Shown: piece by piece, positions 36,501 through 46,854 of the stretch | Layout: each line of letters begins with the position of its first letter | Numbering within the stretch: the stretch's first letter is position 1 | Assembly: GCA_030262725.1 (NCBI GenBank) | Contig: JAJSZS010000003.1 | Location: 1-64,000 of the forward strand | DNA: 64,000 nt | Direction of reading: 5' to 3' | From: Candidatus Desulfofervidus auxilii | Lineage (GTDB): Bacteria > Desulfobacterota > Desulfofervidia > Desulfofervidales > Desulfofervidaceae | Made by a program: the position numbers and the translations under genes | The notes under the pieces: model-generated | Seen by the model: the letters and a program-made list of their open reading frames with translations, nothing else | The model's database searches: none | Told to the model about the DNA's origin: nothing

Positions 36501-36933
36501 TATTCGTTATCTTGCAAGAGAAAAGAAAACCAATCTTTTTTATGTAAACCTTTCTTCAGATACAGGATTGGAGGAACTTCTAGGTGGATATATGCAGGAT
36601 AAAACAGGAAAATGGTATTATAAAAAAGGATTGCTTTTTAGAGCAATTGAAGAGGGAAGTTGGTTGTTAATCGATGAAGCAAATTTAAATCCCCTTTCTG
36701 AGTATTTGAATACATTAATTGATTTTGGCTATATTATTGATGAAGAGGGAAAGATTCACAGAGCCCATCCTAATTTTAGGTTATTTTTAGCTATAAATCC
36801 ACCTAAAATTCATGCTTCAAGAAATGTACTTTCTCCTTCCTTAAGGAGCAGATTTTTAGAAATCTGGATAGAGGAAGTCTTAAAAGAAGAAGAATTAGAA
36901 GAGTTAGTAAAAAGATGGGCAACAAGAACATAA
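33493..36933 (+). CDS. 1146-aa protein with about 12 tandem ~38-aa HEAT/PBS-lyase-like repeats followed by two AAA_5 (MoxR/dynein/midasin-like) ATPase domains
   Basis: Repeat unit ..LE.ML...D..IR.AAA.SLA.VY..LI.KG...YL. First Walker A LLGPTSTGKSF with Walker B LVLEEINLA. Second Walker A LVGMPASGKTT with Walker B LLIDEANLN. Overlaps the upstream vWA gene by 20 nt. Confidence 0.75.
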   Translation: MYLNVNNILTSVYLSLKENFNFNLRHLKRASEALGILLNKIEPKKALIEALKYGFTQTIEEEKIIQNILNHPFIKDIDLKRDDFKIQSNNVIPENLGDLIKIIAESTHDSDLKEVFYLLTRLISHKDKSIAIPALKIAFEVLNATDIRELILEEIEDNLREDWLSRRMAALALAEIYASFIKNGKINYLSNLERLMQKEDLHIQAVVAPIIASVYAHLIVNGKSKYISLLKEMSKNKNQDIAQAAYKALEIVYLEEINRGKIPDLKEIECIIENSEITWQIMAVNTLAPIYTALIKKGKYIDFGRLEELLKSRYGGLKDVVVRALGKIYLALIQIGKEPELSNLEIMLSADDWRIRLSTANVLGRLYGELVKRGKKPPLEKLEALFKDRHGSVRKAAAEAIANVYLKFIEKGDKSGLKRLEKMLYKENWLLARVVSISLANIYSFLIQKGEMQYLPKLERMLEGDDFYVNIVTISSLATVYIKLIEDGRIPQLEKLENMLFHEDLYIRIAAASSLASVYSSLILKGHKEYLEDLEEMLSGEWYTKKAAATVLVNTYAHLIAQGERQYLRELERMIEAKDIDIIQAVSKVLGNVIKNIVKDKKEKLDIALAKIELLLEQKLSSPLKGSLSSEIEITQEKVRIGCLELERKNSFPLPVCVFTESSFEILKTISLGYLLNHPVLLLGPTSTGKSFLIKWLANLLGYEHISYTLNPYSSKFELIGGIKPDKEGKFIWQDGIILKAVKEGKWLVLEEINLASSDVIEILNDYLTTGKFFYSENGQQKEIIPHPDFRLFATANPESYSQRQRLSEVFLSRWKIYYQKELSESEIAEILSSLFQIPASLSLLIARFHKTVEKQSQARLIGKEEKDPYIYSLRDILRLGKRLKNKDLNSLKDLFLELYIVYLARIRNKTERDALIASLDAHFGFRAKGLKLKEIIEEQKENLDLKIEKIQVTNGDEFIPKKEAEIIPTYSQKVLLSQIVSAIIQAEPVLLVGMPASGKTTLIRYLAREKKTNLFYVNLSSDTGLEELLGGYMQDKTGKWYYKKGLLFRAIEEGSWLLIDEANLNPLSEYLNTLIDFGYIIDEEGKIHRAHPNFRLFLAINPPKIHASRNVLSPSLRSRFLEIWIEEVLKEEELEELVKRWATRT

Positions 36934-37472
36934 ATAGTATTTTTAAATGAATCAGTAATTGCATTTATCTCCACTTTAAACCCTCTTTTTTTTGCAAGAG
37001 AAATAAGAGGAGTAAAATCAAATTCTTCCTTACCATAAATAATTTTTTGTATATAGTAATATAAACTGCCGTAGGGCATTTTTACCCAAGGTAAACAAAT
37101 AAATTTACCTTCTTTTTTTAATACCCGTTTTATCTCATCCCAAAATTCTGATTTGAAAATAAAAGCTGTAGGAAAACCAGAAAATATTAATGAAAAACTA
37201 TTTTCTTTAAAAGGCAATGCTTCTGCCTTAGCCTGAATAAAATATGTCTTGCTTTTCTTAGCATATTTCAACATAGAAAAAGACAAATCTATAGCAACAT
37301 CTATTTTTGATAGCCAACCTGCGGTTCCTATCTCTAAACTAAGTCCTTTAGGAGCAAATTTTAAAGCATTAATTTGCCAAATAATCCACTTTTTACCAAA
37401 AATAAGAGAGATTAAAGGTCGATATAAAAAAGCTAATGGGCCATAAAATAATTTAAAAAATCGATAAAGCAT
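36810..37472 (-). CDS. Class I SAM-dependent methyltransferase (Methyltransf_11-like)
   Basis: Motif I LEIGTAG and motif post-II AEALPFKENSFSLIF. Its 3' end overlaps the convergent gene by 124 bp. Confidence 0.65.
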   Translation of the reverse strand: MLYRFFKLFYGPLAFLYRPLISLIFGKKWIIWQINALKFAPKGLSLEIGTAGWLSKIDVAIDLSFSMLKYAKKSKTYFIQAKAEALPFKENSFSLIFSGFPTAFIFKSEFWDEIKRVLKKEGKFICLPWVKMPYGSLYYYIQKIIYGKEEFDFTPLISLAKKRGFKVEINAITDSFKNTIYVLVAHLFTNSSNSSSFKTSSIQISKNLLLKEGESTFLEA

Positions 37473-37784
37473 ATATTAAAATAGCATAAATGAATAAATG
37501 TCCAAAATCCGCGATTGAATTTTAGAGAAGGATATTTTTAATAAAGAAATGAAAAAAATTAAGAAAGAACACCAGAATTATCCCCTACGAAGTAAATGTT
37601 TTATAACAATTCCCTTAAATTAGGCAAAAAATGCTCCTTTAAGACCCACTTAAGACACTCTTCTGCCTTAGAAAAAATAATTGCACTGTTTTTTCAATAT
37701 AACAAAACTACCTAGCATCATACCATTTGACTACTTGCTCTGGCTCAAAATCAAGGTTTGTTGCTATCACTTTATATCTTTCCT

Positions 37785-38164
37785 TTAAATCAATTTGTTT
37801 TCACCAAATAGCCTTTGCTGATATGGTCTTCTTACCACAATTAGCCTAAATGCTCTCTTTGTCTTTTCCACACAATGTAGTGTCTCGGCAATATGTCTAT
37901 TTTCGTATGGTCTCCATCCATCTTCTTTTATAGACAAAATCGCTTCTTTGACTGCTCTATCTATATGAGCACCTATGGCATATTTTATCCTCTTTTGTTC
38001 ACAATAATTAAATATCTCTGCTTGATATGATGCCGCATCTGCCCTTAAATATCCTATCCTTTTGCCTTTAGGGATTTGCCTTTCACAGTATTTTATAAAC
38101 TCCAAGTTTTTGGCTACCCTAAACCCTTTAATCCTTCTCCTTCGCCCATCCGTCTTAACCAGCT
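37785..38164 (-). pseudogene. DDE transposase C-terminal fragment (IS1380/IS4-like remnant)
   Basis: ...KGFRVAKNLEFIKYCERQIPKGKRIGYLRADAASYQAEIFNYCEQKRIKYAIGAHIDRAVKEAI...RRPYQQ. Only about 125 aa are open, bounded by an upstream in-frame stop. The nearby ORF 38155-38472 is unrelated or frameshifted. Confidence 0.5.
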
Positions 38165-38789
38165 ATAAAAGGCATCACTTGAGGAATTCTCTCTATGCAT
38201 AATAATTCTCTTAAACCTTCATCTACTTTGATAATTGGAATAGTAATGTACCTTAGATGGTTTATAGATATCCTTAAGTGACATACATCTTCTCGACTTT
38301 TTTGACACTTTGTATTATGGCTTAAAGTAAAAGGCAGTAATTGAAAGTTTGGAAAAACTGCGGGGTAAATATAATGGTTAAAGACATAGTAGAAATAATC
38401 ATTCTTGCTTGTTTCTTTGTCTGGCTCGTGTGGTACGGAGAAAAAAACATAAAAAAGCTTTCTCAAAGGCATAAAGAAAGTAGGGTATAAGGAAGAACGG
38501 AAATGTTTGAAACTCCGACGCTCATTTTCGGTATCGTTGGTGTAATTATTGCTATTGTGGGATGTTTGGTGTATGTGGTGAGGGGTGGAGAGGAGAAGTC
38601 TATTTCAAATTATCACGAGTTTTCCTGTGATTATGATATATATGGATGGATGAAATATTCTTATAGTTAGGAACCCTGGCTTTCAACAAAATTTGCCTTA
38701 TATCGTGATCTGATAAGTCTAAAAATCTTCGTGCATCTTACCTTTGAATAAAGTTATTTCAAAAGATTGTCAAGAAAATAGTTTGTAGC

Positions 38790-38817
38790 TTGACACAAAA
38801 AAAAGAAATGCTATAAA
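38790..38817 (+). promoter_or_regulatory. Sigma70-like promoter for tRNA-Ala (TTGACA, 16-nt spacer, TATAAA)
   Basis: TTGACA at 38790-38795 and TATAAA at 38812-38817. The tRNA starts 9 nt downstream. Confidence 0.5.
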
Positions 38818-38826
38818 AATGGGGGT

Positions 38827-38902
38827 GGGGATGTAGCTCAGTTGGGAGAGCGCCTGCCTCGCATGCAGGAGGTCAGGGGTTCAATTCCCCTCATCTCCAC
38901 CA
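38827..38902 (+). tRNA. tRNA-Ala (anticodon CGC), CCA-encoded
   Basis: GGGGATGTAGCTCAGTTGGGAGAGCGCCTGCCTCGCATGCAGGAGGTCAGGGGTTCAATTCCCCTCATCTCCACCA. G3:U70 pair in the acceptor stem. Anticodon loop CTCGCAT. Confidence 0.9.
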
Positions 38903-38923
38903 TTTTTTCTTTTTGGAGAAAAT

Positions 38924-39505
38924 ATGAGAACGGCTGAGGTGAAGCGGGAAACAAAAGAGACAAAAATTTCTCTTTTTTTAAATATAGATGGTAAAGGAAA
39001 TCTAAAAGGTACAACAGGTATTGCCTTCCTTGATCACATGCTTACTCTTTTTTGCACACATGGTTTTTTTGATTTAAATCTTGAAGTAAAAGGTGATTTA
39101 GAAGTAGATGCTCATCATACTACTGAAGATTTAGGTCTTTGTTTAGGTATAGCTTTAAAAAAAGCTTTAGGAGATAAAAAGGGGATTAATCGTTTTGGAC
39201 AAGCTGCAATACCTATGGATGAAGCCCTAGCACAGGTTTTTATTGACCTTTCTGGTCGCCCTTTCTTTTTTTATAAAGGAAAATCACTTAGTGGACAAGT
39301 AGGACAATTTGATTTGGAGTTAGTAAAGGAATTTTTTCGTGCTATGAGTAATGAGGCTAAAATGAATTTGCATATTCATCTGCTTTATGGTGAAAACAAA
39401 CATCATTGTATAGAAGCTATTTTTAAGGCATTTGCCCGTGCATTAAAGGAGGCAGTAAGCTTATTTCATCCTGACATCATTCCCTCTTCAAAAGGAGTGT
39501 TATAG
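38924..39505 (+). CDS. hisB: Imidazoleglycerol-phosphate dehydratase
   Basis: RETKETKISL ... DHMLTLF ... HHTTED motifs. Confidence 0.9.
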   Translation: MRTAEVKRETKETKISLFLNIDGKGNLKGTTGIAFLDHMLTLFCTHGFFDLNLEVKGDLEVDAHHTTEDLGLCLGIALKKALGDKKGINRFGQAAIPMDEALAQVFIDLSGRPFFFYKGKSLSGQVGQFDLELVKEFFRAMSNEAKMNLHIHLLYGENKHHCIEAIFKAFARALKEAVSLFHPDIIPSSKGVL

Positions 39506-40270
39506 ATGATCATTATCCCAGCAATTGATTTAAAGGATGGGAAGTGTGTAAGATTGCGCCGTGGTGAAGAAGGGACAGAAACTATTTTTCATGAAAATCC
39601 TATAGAAATTGCTAAATATTGGGAAAAACAAGGAGCAAAAAGACTTCATGTAATTGATTTGGATGGAGCATTTTTGAAACATCCAATTCATTATGAAATA
39701 ATTAAAAAAATTGCTAAAGCAGTTTCTATTCCTATACAAGTAGGTGGTGGTATTCGTAGCAAAGAAGATATTAAAGCTTACTTAGATGCTGGAATAAGTT
39801 GGGTTATTATAGGTACTTTGGCATTAAAAGATGAAGAAAATTTTAAAAAAATCTGTCAAGAATTTGCTGGACATATCCTTTTAGCCATAGATGTTAAAGA
39901 TGGAAAAATTGCTATTGAAGGTTGGAAAAAGGTTACAAAAGAAAGTCCATTTGATTTAGCAAAAAAAGCTCAAGAATTAGGTATAGCAGGTATAAATTAC
40001 ACTGATATTTTAAGAGATGGAATGGAAACAGGTGTAAACCTTGAAGGTTTAAAATCATTCTTAAAAGAATTAGATATTCCTGTGTATGTAGCAGGAGGCA
40101 TATCATCTATTGAAGATATAAAAAGGCTTTTACATCTGCAAAAAAAAGGGCTAGCAGGAATAATTGTTGGGCGAGCCCTTTATACAGGTAAAATAAATTT
40201 AAAAGAAGCAATAAAGTTGATTGAGGGTGATTATGGAGGAAGAACTCACCTACGAGAAAGCAGGAGTTAG
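39506..40270 (+). CDS. hisA: ProFAR isomerase HisA
   Basis: MIIIPAIDLKDGKCVRL and GGGIRS motifs. Confidence 0.9.
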   Translation: MIIIPAIDLKDGKCVRLRRGEEGTETIFHENPIEIAKYWEKQGAKRLHVIDLDGAFLKHPIHYEIIKKIAKAVSIPIQVGGGIRSKEDIKAYLDAGISWVIIGTLALKDEENFKKICQEFAGHILLAIDVKDGKIAIEGWKKVTKESPFDLAKKAQELGIAGINYTDILRDGMETGVNLEGLKSFLKELDIPVYVAGGISSIEDIKRLLHLQKKGLAGIIVGRALYTGKINLKEAIKLIEGDYGGRTHLRESRS

Positions 40271-41276
40271 TCTAAAAAGGGCTAGTGAAGCAATAAATCG
40301 CATAAAAAAATTGGTAAGAAAAACACATAGAACCAGCGTTCTTTCTGACATAGGTCATTTTGCTGCTTTTTTTGCATTTGATAAAGAAAGATATAAGGAT
40401 CCTGTTTTAGTATCTTCAACAGATGGTGTAGGAACAAAGTTAAAAATTGCCTTTATGCTTGATAAGCATAATACTGTTGGCATTGATTTGGTAGCCATGT
40501 GTGTTAATGATATCATTGTTCATGGTGCTACACCTCTGTTTTTCTTAGACTACATTGCTACTGGTCATTTATCTCCAGAAAAAATTGAACAAATAATGGA
40601 AGGCATTGTTGAAGGATGTGCTCAAGCTGATTGCGCAATCGTTGGAGGAGAAATGGCAGAAATGCCTGATTTTTATAAACCAGGTGAATATGACTTAGCT
40701 GGTTTTGTTATTGGCATAGTAGATAGAGGAAAGATTATAGATGGATCAGAAATCTCTGTTGGTCATCAGATTATAGGATTGGCTTCCTCTGGTCTACATA
40801 GTAATGGTTATTCTTTGGTCCGTAAGCTCTTTTTTGAGCAATTAAAATGGCCATTAGATAAATATCTAGAAAGTTGCCAATGTACATTGGGTGAGGAATT
40901 ATTAAAACCCACTCGAATTTATGTGCCAGCAATTTTGAATATATTAAAAGATTTTCGCATTGCTGGTATGGCACATATCACTGGTGGAGGAATACCAGAA
41001 AATTTAAGTCGTATTTTACCAAAGGGCTGTAAAGCTGTTATTAAAAAAGGAAGTTGGAAGATACCACCTATCTTTCAAATTATTCAACAAACAGGTAAAA
41101 TAAAAGAAGAAGAAATGATACGTACTTTTAATTGTGGTATTGGACTCATTTTAGTAGTAAATGCAAAATATTGTGATGAAGTTATGGACAGACTCAGAGG
41201 ATTAAAAGAAACACCTTATATTATTGGTGAAATTTTAGAAAGAAAGGAAAATGAATCAATAGTGGAGTTTGTATGA
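40221..41276 (+). CDS. purM: Phosphoribosylformylglycinamidine cyclo-ligase (AIR synthetase)
   Basis: VSSTDGVGTKLKIA and GLASSGLHSNGYSL motifs. The start is probably the internal Met at about 40233. Confidence 0.9.
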   Translation: MRVIMEEELTYEKAGVSLKRASEAINRIKKLVRKTHRTSVLSDIGHFAAFFAFDKERYKDPVLVSSTDGVGTKLKIAFMLDKHNTVGIDLVAMCVNDIIVHGATPLFFLDYIATGHLSPEKIEQIMEGIVEGCAQADCAIVGGEMAEMPDFYKPGEYDLAGFVIGIVDRGKIIDGSEISVGHQIIGLASSGLHSNGYSLVRKLFFEQLKWPLDKYLESCQCTLGEELLKPTRIYVPAILNILKDFRIAGMAHITGGGIPENLSRILPKGCKAVIKKGSWKIPPIFQIIQQTGKIKEEEMIRTFNCGIGLILVVNAKYCDEVMDRLRGLKETPYIIGEILERKENESIVEFV

Positions 41277-41734
41277 TTTTGGTTAGTGCTTGTTTAATAG
41301 GTTTAAAATGCCGATATGATGGTAGTAATGCTATTTGTCCTGAACTTTTAGAAATGTTAAAAAACAAACCATTTTTGCCTGTCTGTCCAGAACAATTGGG
41401 AGATCTTTCTACACCTAGACAACCAGCAATAATTGTTGGTGGAACAGGTGCAGATGTACTAAAATTAAAGGCAAGAGTAATCAATGAAATAGGACAGGAT
41501 GTGACTTTTAATTTTTTAAAAGGAGCAAAAAAAACCTTAGAAATGGCAGAGTTGTTTAAAGTAAAAATTTGTTATTTAAAAGAAAGAAGTCCATCTTGTG
41601 GAGTAAATTTTATTCATACTAAAGAAGGTCTTGTAAGAGGTATAGGAGTAACTACGGCTATGTTATTGAAGAATGGATATAAGGTTATTGGTGTACAACC
41701 AGGTGAATTTAAAAAGGAGGAAAATGATGAGTAG
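41273..41734 (+). CDS. DUF523 (YbbK-like) family protein
   Basis: [12 protein letters not shown]...[14 protein letters not shown] pattern typical of DUF523. Confidence 0.65.
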   Translation: MILVSACLIGLKCRYDGSNAICPELLEMLKNKPFLPVCPEQLGDLSTPRQPAIIVGGTGADVLKLKARVINEIGQDVTFNFLKGAKKTLEMAELFKVKICYLKERSPSCGVNFIHTKEGLVRGIGVTTAMLLKNGYKVIGVQPGEFKKEENDE

Positions 41735-41930
41735 AAGATGTGAAATCTGTGGAAAACAACCTTCAGTAGGACATAAAGTTAGTCATGCTAATAATAGAAC
41801 AAAAAGAAGATGGCTTCCTAATTTGCAAAAAGTAAGAGCAATAGTAAATGGTAGGGTAAAACGTATCAGAGTTTGCACCAAATGTCTTAAAGCAGGAAAA
41901 GTGATAAAGCCAGGTGTTAGAGTATTTTAA
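41724..41930 (+). CDS. rpmB: 50S ribosomal protein L28
   Basis: [36 protein letters not shown]. Confidence 0.9.
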   Translation: MMSRRCEICGKQPSVGHKVSHANNRTKRRWLPNLQKVRAIVNGRVKRIRVCTKCLKAGKVIKPGVRVF

Positions 41931-44053
41931 ACTCCCAAACGCTTTACTTCCTCAACAGCATCAATGGCTTGAAGTGCACTAATTATTTCTTGGAGATGAG
42001 CATTATTTTTCACTTCTATAACAAAAGAACATATAGCTCTGTGATCCAAAGTGCTTTTTGTCTCAGAAGCTACAATATTTGCTTCTGCTTTTGCAATAGC
42101 AGCAGTAATTTCTGCAAGAATGCCTACTCTATCTTGACACCATATTTGAATTCTTACAGGATATACTTCATTAATTTTCTCCTCCCATACAACTTCTACT
42201 AAGCGTTCTGGATCAATTTGCCAAAGATTAGGACAATCTTTGCGATGAACAGTTATACCATGACCTCTAGTAATATAACCTATAATTTCATCTCCTGGTA
42301 TAGGAGAACAACATCTTGCTATTTTTATTAAAATATCTTCTACTCCTTTAACTTTTATTCCTAAAGGAGATTTTTTATCTGTTGAGGCAGTTTCTTTTTG
42401 TTGCTCTTTTTTAGATGGAGCAGGAAGAAAACGGTTGATTACTTGTTTTAAAGAAACCTTTCCATAACTAATTGCAAGAAGGAGATCTTCAGGTGTTTTA
42501 AAAGAAAGCTGTTTAGCTATCTTGGTAAATTCAGGACTATTATAACAAGTCTGAAAATCAAGACCAGCTTTTTTAAATGCCTTTTCACACATTTCTTTCC
42601 CTAAAATCAATCCCTGCTCTCGTTCTAAGGTACGTAAATAATGATTAATACGACTTCTAGCTCGTGGTGTTTTTACAAATTTCAACCAGTCTTTTCTAGG
42701 ATGTTGTTTAGGTGAAGTAATAATTTCTACAACATCTCCAGTATTAAGTCTATAACGAAGAGGAACAAGTCGACCATTTACTTTAGCTCCAACACAGTGA
42801 TGACCTACTTCTGTATGAATACAATAAGCAAAATCAACTGCTGTTGCACCAACTGGCAATACCTTTATGTCCCCTTTTGGAGTAAAAACATAAATTTCAT
42901 TTGGAAATAAATCAGTTTTTATTGCTCGTAAAAACTCCCTGGGATCTTTTAATTCCCTTTGCCATTCAAGGATTTGCCTTAACCAAGCAAAACGTTCTAT
43001 TTCTTTTTCATCTGCTTTATTTCCTTCTTTGTACCGCCAATGAGCAGCAATACCTTCTTCTGCAATCCGATGCATCTCTTCTGTACGAATTTGGATTTCA
43101 ATACGTCCACCATAAGGGCCAATTACAGTAGTATGAAGACTTTGATACATATTGGGTTTAGGCATAGCAATATAATCCTTAAATCTGCCAGGAATAGGTT
43201 TCCAAAGAGAATGTACCATACCTAATGCTTCATAACATTCTTTTACGGTTGTAACAATAATCCTAAAAGCAACCAAATCATAAATTTGATTTAAATCAAT
43301 TTGTTGCCTTTTCATTTTGAGATAAATGCTATAAATGCTTTTATGTCTTCCCTCTACTCGACCTTTTATCCCAAATTCCTCAAGTTTTTTTTCTAAAATA
43401 GATTTTATTTCCTGAATATATTTTTTTTCTTCACTTTTTCTACGAGCAATACCTTGAGCAATCTGCTGATATACTTGTGGTTCAAGATAATAAAGAGAAA
43501 GGTCTTCTAATTCTGTTTTTAACCATCCTATACCTAGACGTGCTGCTAAAGGGGCATAAATTTCAAGTGTTTCTTGAGCAATTAAATGTTGTTTTTCAGG
43601 TGTCATATAACCTAAAGTACGAAGATTGTGTAAACGATCAGCAAGTTTTACTAAAATAACTCGAATATCTTGAGCCATAGCAAGTATCATCTTGCGAATA
43701 TTTTCTGCTTGTCTTTCTTCTCTAGAAGAAAAAGTAAGTTTGCTTAACTTTGTTAGCCCATCAATAATAAGTGCAATTTCATCTCCAAATTGTTCTCTAA
43801 TATCATCTATAGTTGCTTCAGTATCTTCAACCGTATCATGTAAAAGCCCACAAGCAACAGTAACAACATCTAAACGCATCTTAGCTAAAATAGCTGCTAC
43901 TGCTAAAGGATGAGAGAGATATGGTTCACCTGAAAGACGTGTTTGTCCTTTATGAACCTTGGCTGAATAAATATAAGCTTTTCTTATTAAAGCAATGTCT
44001 GCTTTGGGATTATAACTTAATATTTGGTCAATAATGTTTTCTATTCTAATCAT
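41927..44053 (-). CDS. relA: Bifunctional (p)ppGpp synthetase/hydrolase (RelA/SpoT family)
   Basis: HD hydrolase domain, synthetase domain (YQSLHTTV), TGS and C-terminal ACT domains. 708 aa. Confidence 0.9.
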   Translation of the reverse strand: MIRIENIIDQILSYNPKADIALIRKAYIYSAKVHKGQTRLSGEPYLSHPLAVAAILAKMRLDVVTVACGLLHDTVEDTEATIDDIREQFGDEIALIIDGLTKLSKLTFSSREERQAENIRKMILAMAQDIRVILVKLADRLHNLRTLGYMTPEKQHLIAQETLEIYAPLAARLGIGWLKTELEDLSLYYLEPQVYQQIAQGIARRKSEEKKYIQEIKSILEKKLEEFGIKGRVEGRHKSIYSIYLKMKRQQIDLNQIYDLVAFRIIVTTVKECYEALGMVHSLWKPIPGRFKDYIAMPKPNMYQSLHTTVIGPYGGRIEIQIRTEEMHRIAEEGIAAHWRYKEGNKADEKEIERFAWLRQILEWQRELKDPREFLRAIKTDLFPNEIYVFTPKGDIKVLPVGATAVDFAYCIHTEVGHHCVGAKVNGRLVPLRYRLNTGDVVEIITSPKQHPRKDWLKFVKTPRARSRINHYLRTLEREQGLILGKEMCEKAFKKAGLDFQTCYNSPEFTKIAKQLSFKTPEDLLLAISYGKVSLKQVINRFLPAPSKKEQQKETASTDKKSPLGIKVKGVEDILIKIARCCSPIPGDEIIGYITRGHGITVHRKDCPNLWQIDPERLVEVVWEEKINEVYPVRIQIWCQDRVGILAEITAAIAKAEANIVASETKSTLDHRAICSFVIEVKNNAHLQEIISALQAIDAVEEVKRLGV

Positions 44054-45744
44054 AGACTTTTTATTAGTTTTTCAATCTTTTCCTCTATTTCTGATAAAGA
44101 AATAAAAATTGTTTCCTTTGTCTTTCTTATTCTTATCTCTACCTTTCCTTTTTTCAATGCCTGCCCAATAGTAATCCTTAAAGGAATACCAATCAAATCA
44201 GCATCTTTAAATTTTACTCCTGCTCTTTCTTCCCTATCATCATAAATCACTTCCCAAGAAACAGAAAGCCTTTTATAAAGTTTTTCAGCTATTTCTCTTA
44301 TTTCTGTTTTTTTCACATCTACTGGTAAAAGATAAATCTGAAAAGGAGCTAATGGAAGAGGGAAAATAATACCATCTTTGTCATGATTTTGTTCAATAGC
44401 TGCGGCTAAAGTGCGACCAATTCCTATTCCATAACATCCCATTACAATATATCTTTCTTTTCCTTTTGCATCTAGATATGTAGCCCTTAAAGCCTCGCTA
44501 TATTTTGTACCTAATTTAAAAATATGACCTACTTCTATACCCCTTTTAAACTCTAATTCACCACCGCAGCGAGGGCATTTATCAGATGGTGTGATAAAAC
44601 GAAGGTCAGCAAATTGAGTTATAGGAAAGTCATCTAAATTTACATTGATAAAATGATAATCTGTTTTATTTGCACCAGTAACAAAATTAACCATTCCTTT
44701 TATACTCTGATCAGCCAAGATAGGTATGTTAAGCCCTATTGGACCTGCAAATCCTACTTCTGCTCCAGTTAATTCTTTTATTATTTCTGGTGGTGCTAAA
44801 GTAAGTTCATTGCAACCAATTAAATGGCTAAGTTTAATCTCATTAACTTCATGGTCACCACGTACAAGCACAGCTATTGGTTTATTATCTGCAAGATAAA
44901 TAATGGTCTTAACCAATTTTTTTGGAGGAACACCAAGAAAGGCTGTTACCTCTTTTACTGTATGTTTGCCTGGAGTAAATACTTCCTCTTTAGGTTTTGG
45001 TGTTTCAGAGGATAAAGTATCATTTATAACTACTTCAGCTTTTTCCACATTTGCTGCAAATTTGCATTTTTTACAAAAAACAATAGCATCTTCACCCACA
45101 TCTGCTAATACCATGTATTCATGAGAAAAGCTCCCACCAATAGCACCTGTTTCAGCCTCTACTGCCCGAAACACTAAACCACAGCGAGAAAAGATTCGAT
45201 TATAAGTTTCATACATTTGCCAATAAGTCTTTTCAGCACTGGCATCATCCACATCAAAGCTATAGCCATCTTTCATAATAAATTCTCTTCCACGTATAAT
45301 GCCAAATCTAGGGCGAATTTCATCCCTAAATTTTATTTGAATTTGATAAAGATTTAGAGGTAAATCTCGATAAGAACGTACTTCATGACGAACTAGATCC
45401 GTAATTACTTCTTCATGTGTTGGACCAAGACAAAAATTGCGATTATGTCTGTCTTTAAAACGCAAAAGCTCCTTTCCATATCTTTCCCAACGACCTGTCT
45501 CCTGCCATAGCTCAGCAGGTTGCACCAATGGTAATAAAAGCTCTTGAGCACCAATTCGATTCATCTCTTCACGCACAATATTTTCTATTTTACGAATGGC
45601 ACGCAAACCAAAAGGTAAATAAGAATAAATGCCTGAAGTCAATTTCCGAATCATACCTGCTCTAAGCATCAATCGATGACTAGCAATCTCTGCTTCACTT
45701 GGAGATTCTTTTAAGGTAGGCAAAAATATTTCAGAAAAACGCAT
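44050..45744 (-). CDS. proS: Prolyl-tRNA synthetase (bacterial type with editing insertion)
   Basis: Class II aaRS motifs, 564 aa, ProRS-like throughout. Confidence 0.95.
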   Translation of the reverse strand: MRFSEIFLPTLKESPSEAEIASHRLMLRAGMIRKLTSGIYSYLPFGLRAIRKIENIVREEMNRIGAQELLLPLVQPAELWQETGRWERYGKELLRFKDRHNRNFCLGPTHEEVITDLVRHEVRSYRDLPLNLYQIQIKFRDEIRPRFGIIRGREFIMKDGYSFDVDDASAEKTYWQMYETYNRIFSRCGLVFRAVEAETGAIGGSFSHEYMVLADVGEDAIVFCKKCKFAANVEKAEVVINDTLSSETPKPKEEVFTPGKHTVKEVTAFLGVPPKKLVKTIIYLADNKPIAVLVRGDHEVNEIKLSHLIGCNELTLAPPEIIKELTGAEVGFAGPIGLNIPILADQSIKGMVNFVTGANKTDYHFINVNLDDFPITQFADLRFITPSDKCPRCGGELEFKRGIEVGHIFKLGTKYSEALRATYLDAKGKERYIVMGCYGIGIGRTLAAAIEQNHDKDGIIFPLPLAPFQIYLLPVDVKKTEIREIAEKLYKRLSVSWEVIYDDREERAGVKFKDADLIGIPLRITIGQALKKGKVEIRIRKTKETIFISLSEIEEKIEKLIKSL

Positions 45745-45753
45745 AGACCCTCC

Positions 45754-46854
45754 TTAATGCTTCAACATCTTTTTGATCTCATCCACTAATGTTGTTATCA
45801 ATAATTCTTCTTTTATTTTTTTAATCACTTTACCTTTTTTAAAAAGAATACCTACACCTTTTCCTCCAGCAATGCCAATATCTGCCTCTTTTGCCTCACC
45901 AGGCCCATTGACAACACAACCCATTACTGCCACTTTAATAGGTTCTTTCACCCAAGAAAGTTGTCTTTCTACTTCAGAAACAAGACTTATTAAATCAATC
46001 TCACACCTTCCACAGGTAGGACAACTGATTAAGTCAATCCCATATTTTCTTAAACCCAAACTACGTAAAATTTCATAAGCAATCTGGACTTCAATTACTG
46101 GATCACCAGTTACAGAAACCCTAATAGTTTCTCCAATACCTTCCATTAAAAGGATACCTAAAGCAATAGCTGATTTGACAGCACTGCGCAAAGGAGGTCC
46201 TGCTTCTGTTACACCAATATGAAATGGATAGTCTACTTTTTCTGCTAACAATCGATAAGCAGAAATAGTATGAAGCACATTTGAGGATTTAAGAGAAACT
46301 TTAAAATTATAAAATCCCCATTTTTCTAAAAAAGAAATGCTTCTTAAAGCACTTGCAACCATAGCCTCTGGGGTAGGGCTTTTATATTTCTTTAAAATAT
46401 CCTTTTCTAAAGAACCACTATTAACCCCAATACGCACAGCTACTTGATATTCTTTGGCTATATCTATAACTTTTTTTAATTTTTTTTCTCCTCCAATATT
46501 ACCAGGATTAATTCTAATACCATCTGCTCCCTTTTTTATAGATTCTATAGCTAATTTATAATCAAAATGAATATCTGCAATAAGGGGAATATTAATTTGT
46601 TTTTTTATTAAAGGTATAGCCTCTACTGCCTTTTTATCAGGCACGGCAATACGAATTATCTCACATCCTACTTCCTCAAGTTTTTTAATCTGCCTTAATG
46701 TCTTTTCTATATCTATTGGATGAGTGGTTGTCATAGATTGCACCCTTATAGGAGCACCTCCACCTATTTGCATTTTTCCTAAAAAAATTGGTCTTGTTTT
46801 TCGCATAATATATTTAGAATAGAATAAAGGTATATTTTTGTAAACGCTTGACAT
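45754..46854 (-). CDS. ispG: 4-hydroxy-3-methylbut-2-enyl diphosphate synthase (IspG/GcpE)
   Basis: RVQSMTTT N-terminal motif and a C-terminal Cys cluster (CPTCGRC). Confidence 0.9.
   Translation of the reverse strand: MSSVYKNIPLFYSKYIMRKTRPIFLGKMQIGGGAPIRVQSMTTTHPIDIEKTLRQIKKLEEVGCEIIRIAVPDKKAVEAIPLIKKQINIPLIADIHFDYKLAIESIKKGADGIRINPGNIGGEKKLKKVIDIAKEYQVAVRIGVNSGSLEKDILKKYKSPTPEAMVASALRSISFLEKWGFYNFKVSLKSSNVLHTISAYRLLAEKVDYPFHIGVTEAGPPLRSAVKSAIALGILLMEGIGETIRVSVTGDPVIEVQIAYEILRSLGLRKYGIDLISCPTCGRCEIDLISLVSEVERQLSWVKEPIKVAVMGCVVNGPGEAKEADIGIAGGKGVGILFKKGKVIKKIKEELLITTLVDEIKKMLKH

Noticed and set aside
38155-38472. 105-aa minus-strand ORF next to the transposase fragment as part of the transposase
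   Set aside because: The sequence (MPLRKLFYVFFSVPHEPDKETSKNDYFYYVF...) shows no transposase-like motifs and is not in frame with the DDE fragment. It is likely spurious or unrelated decayed DNA.
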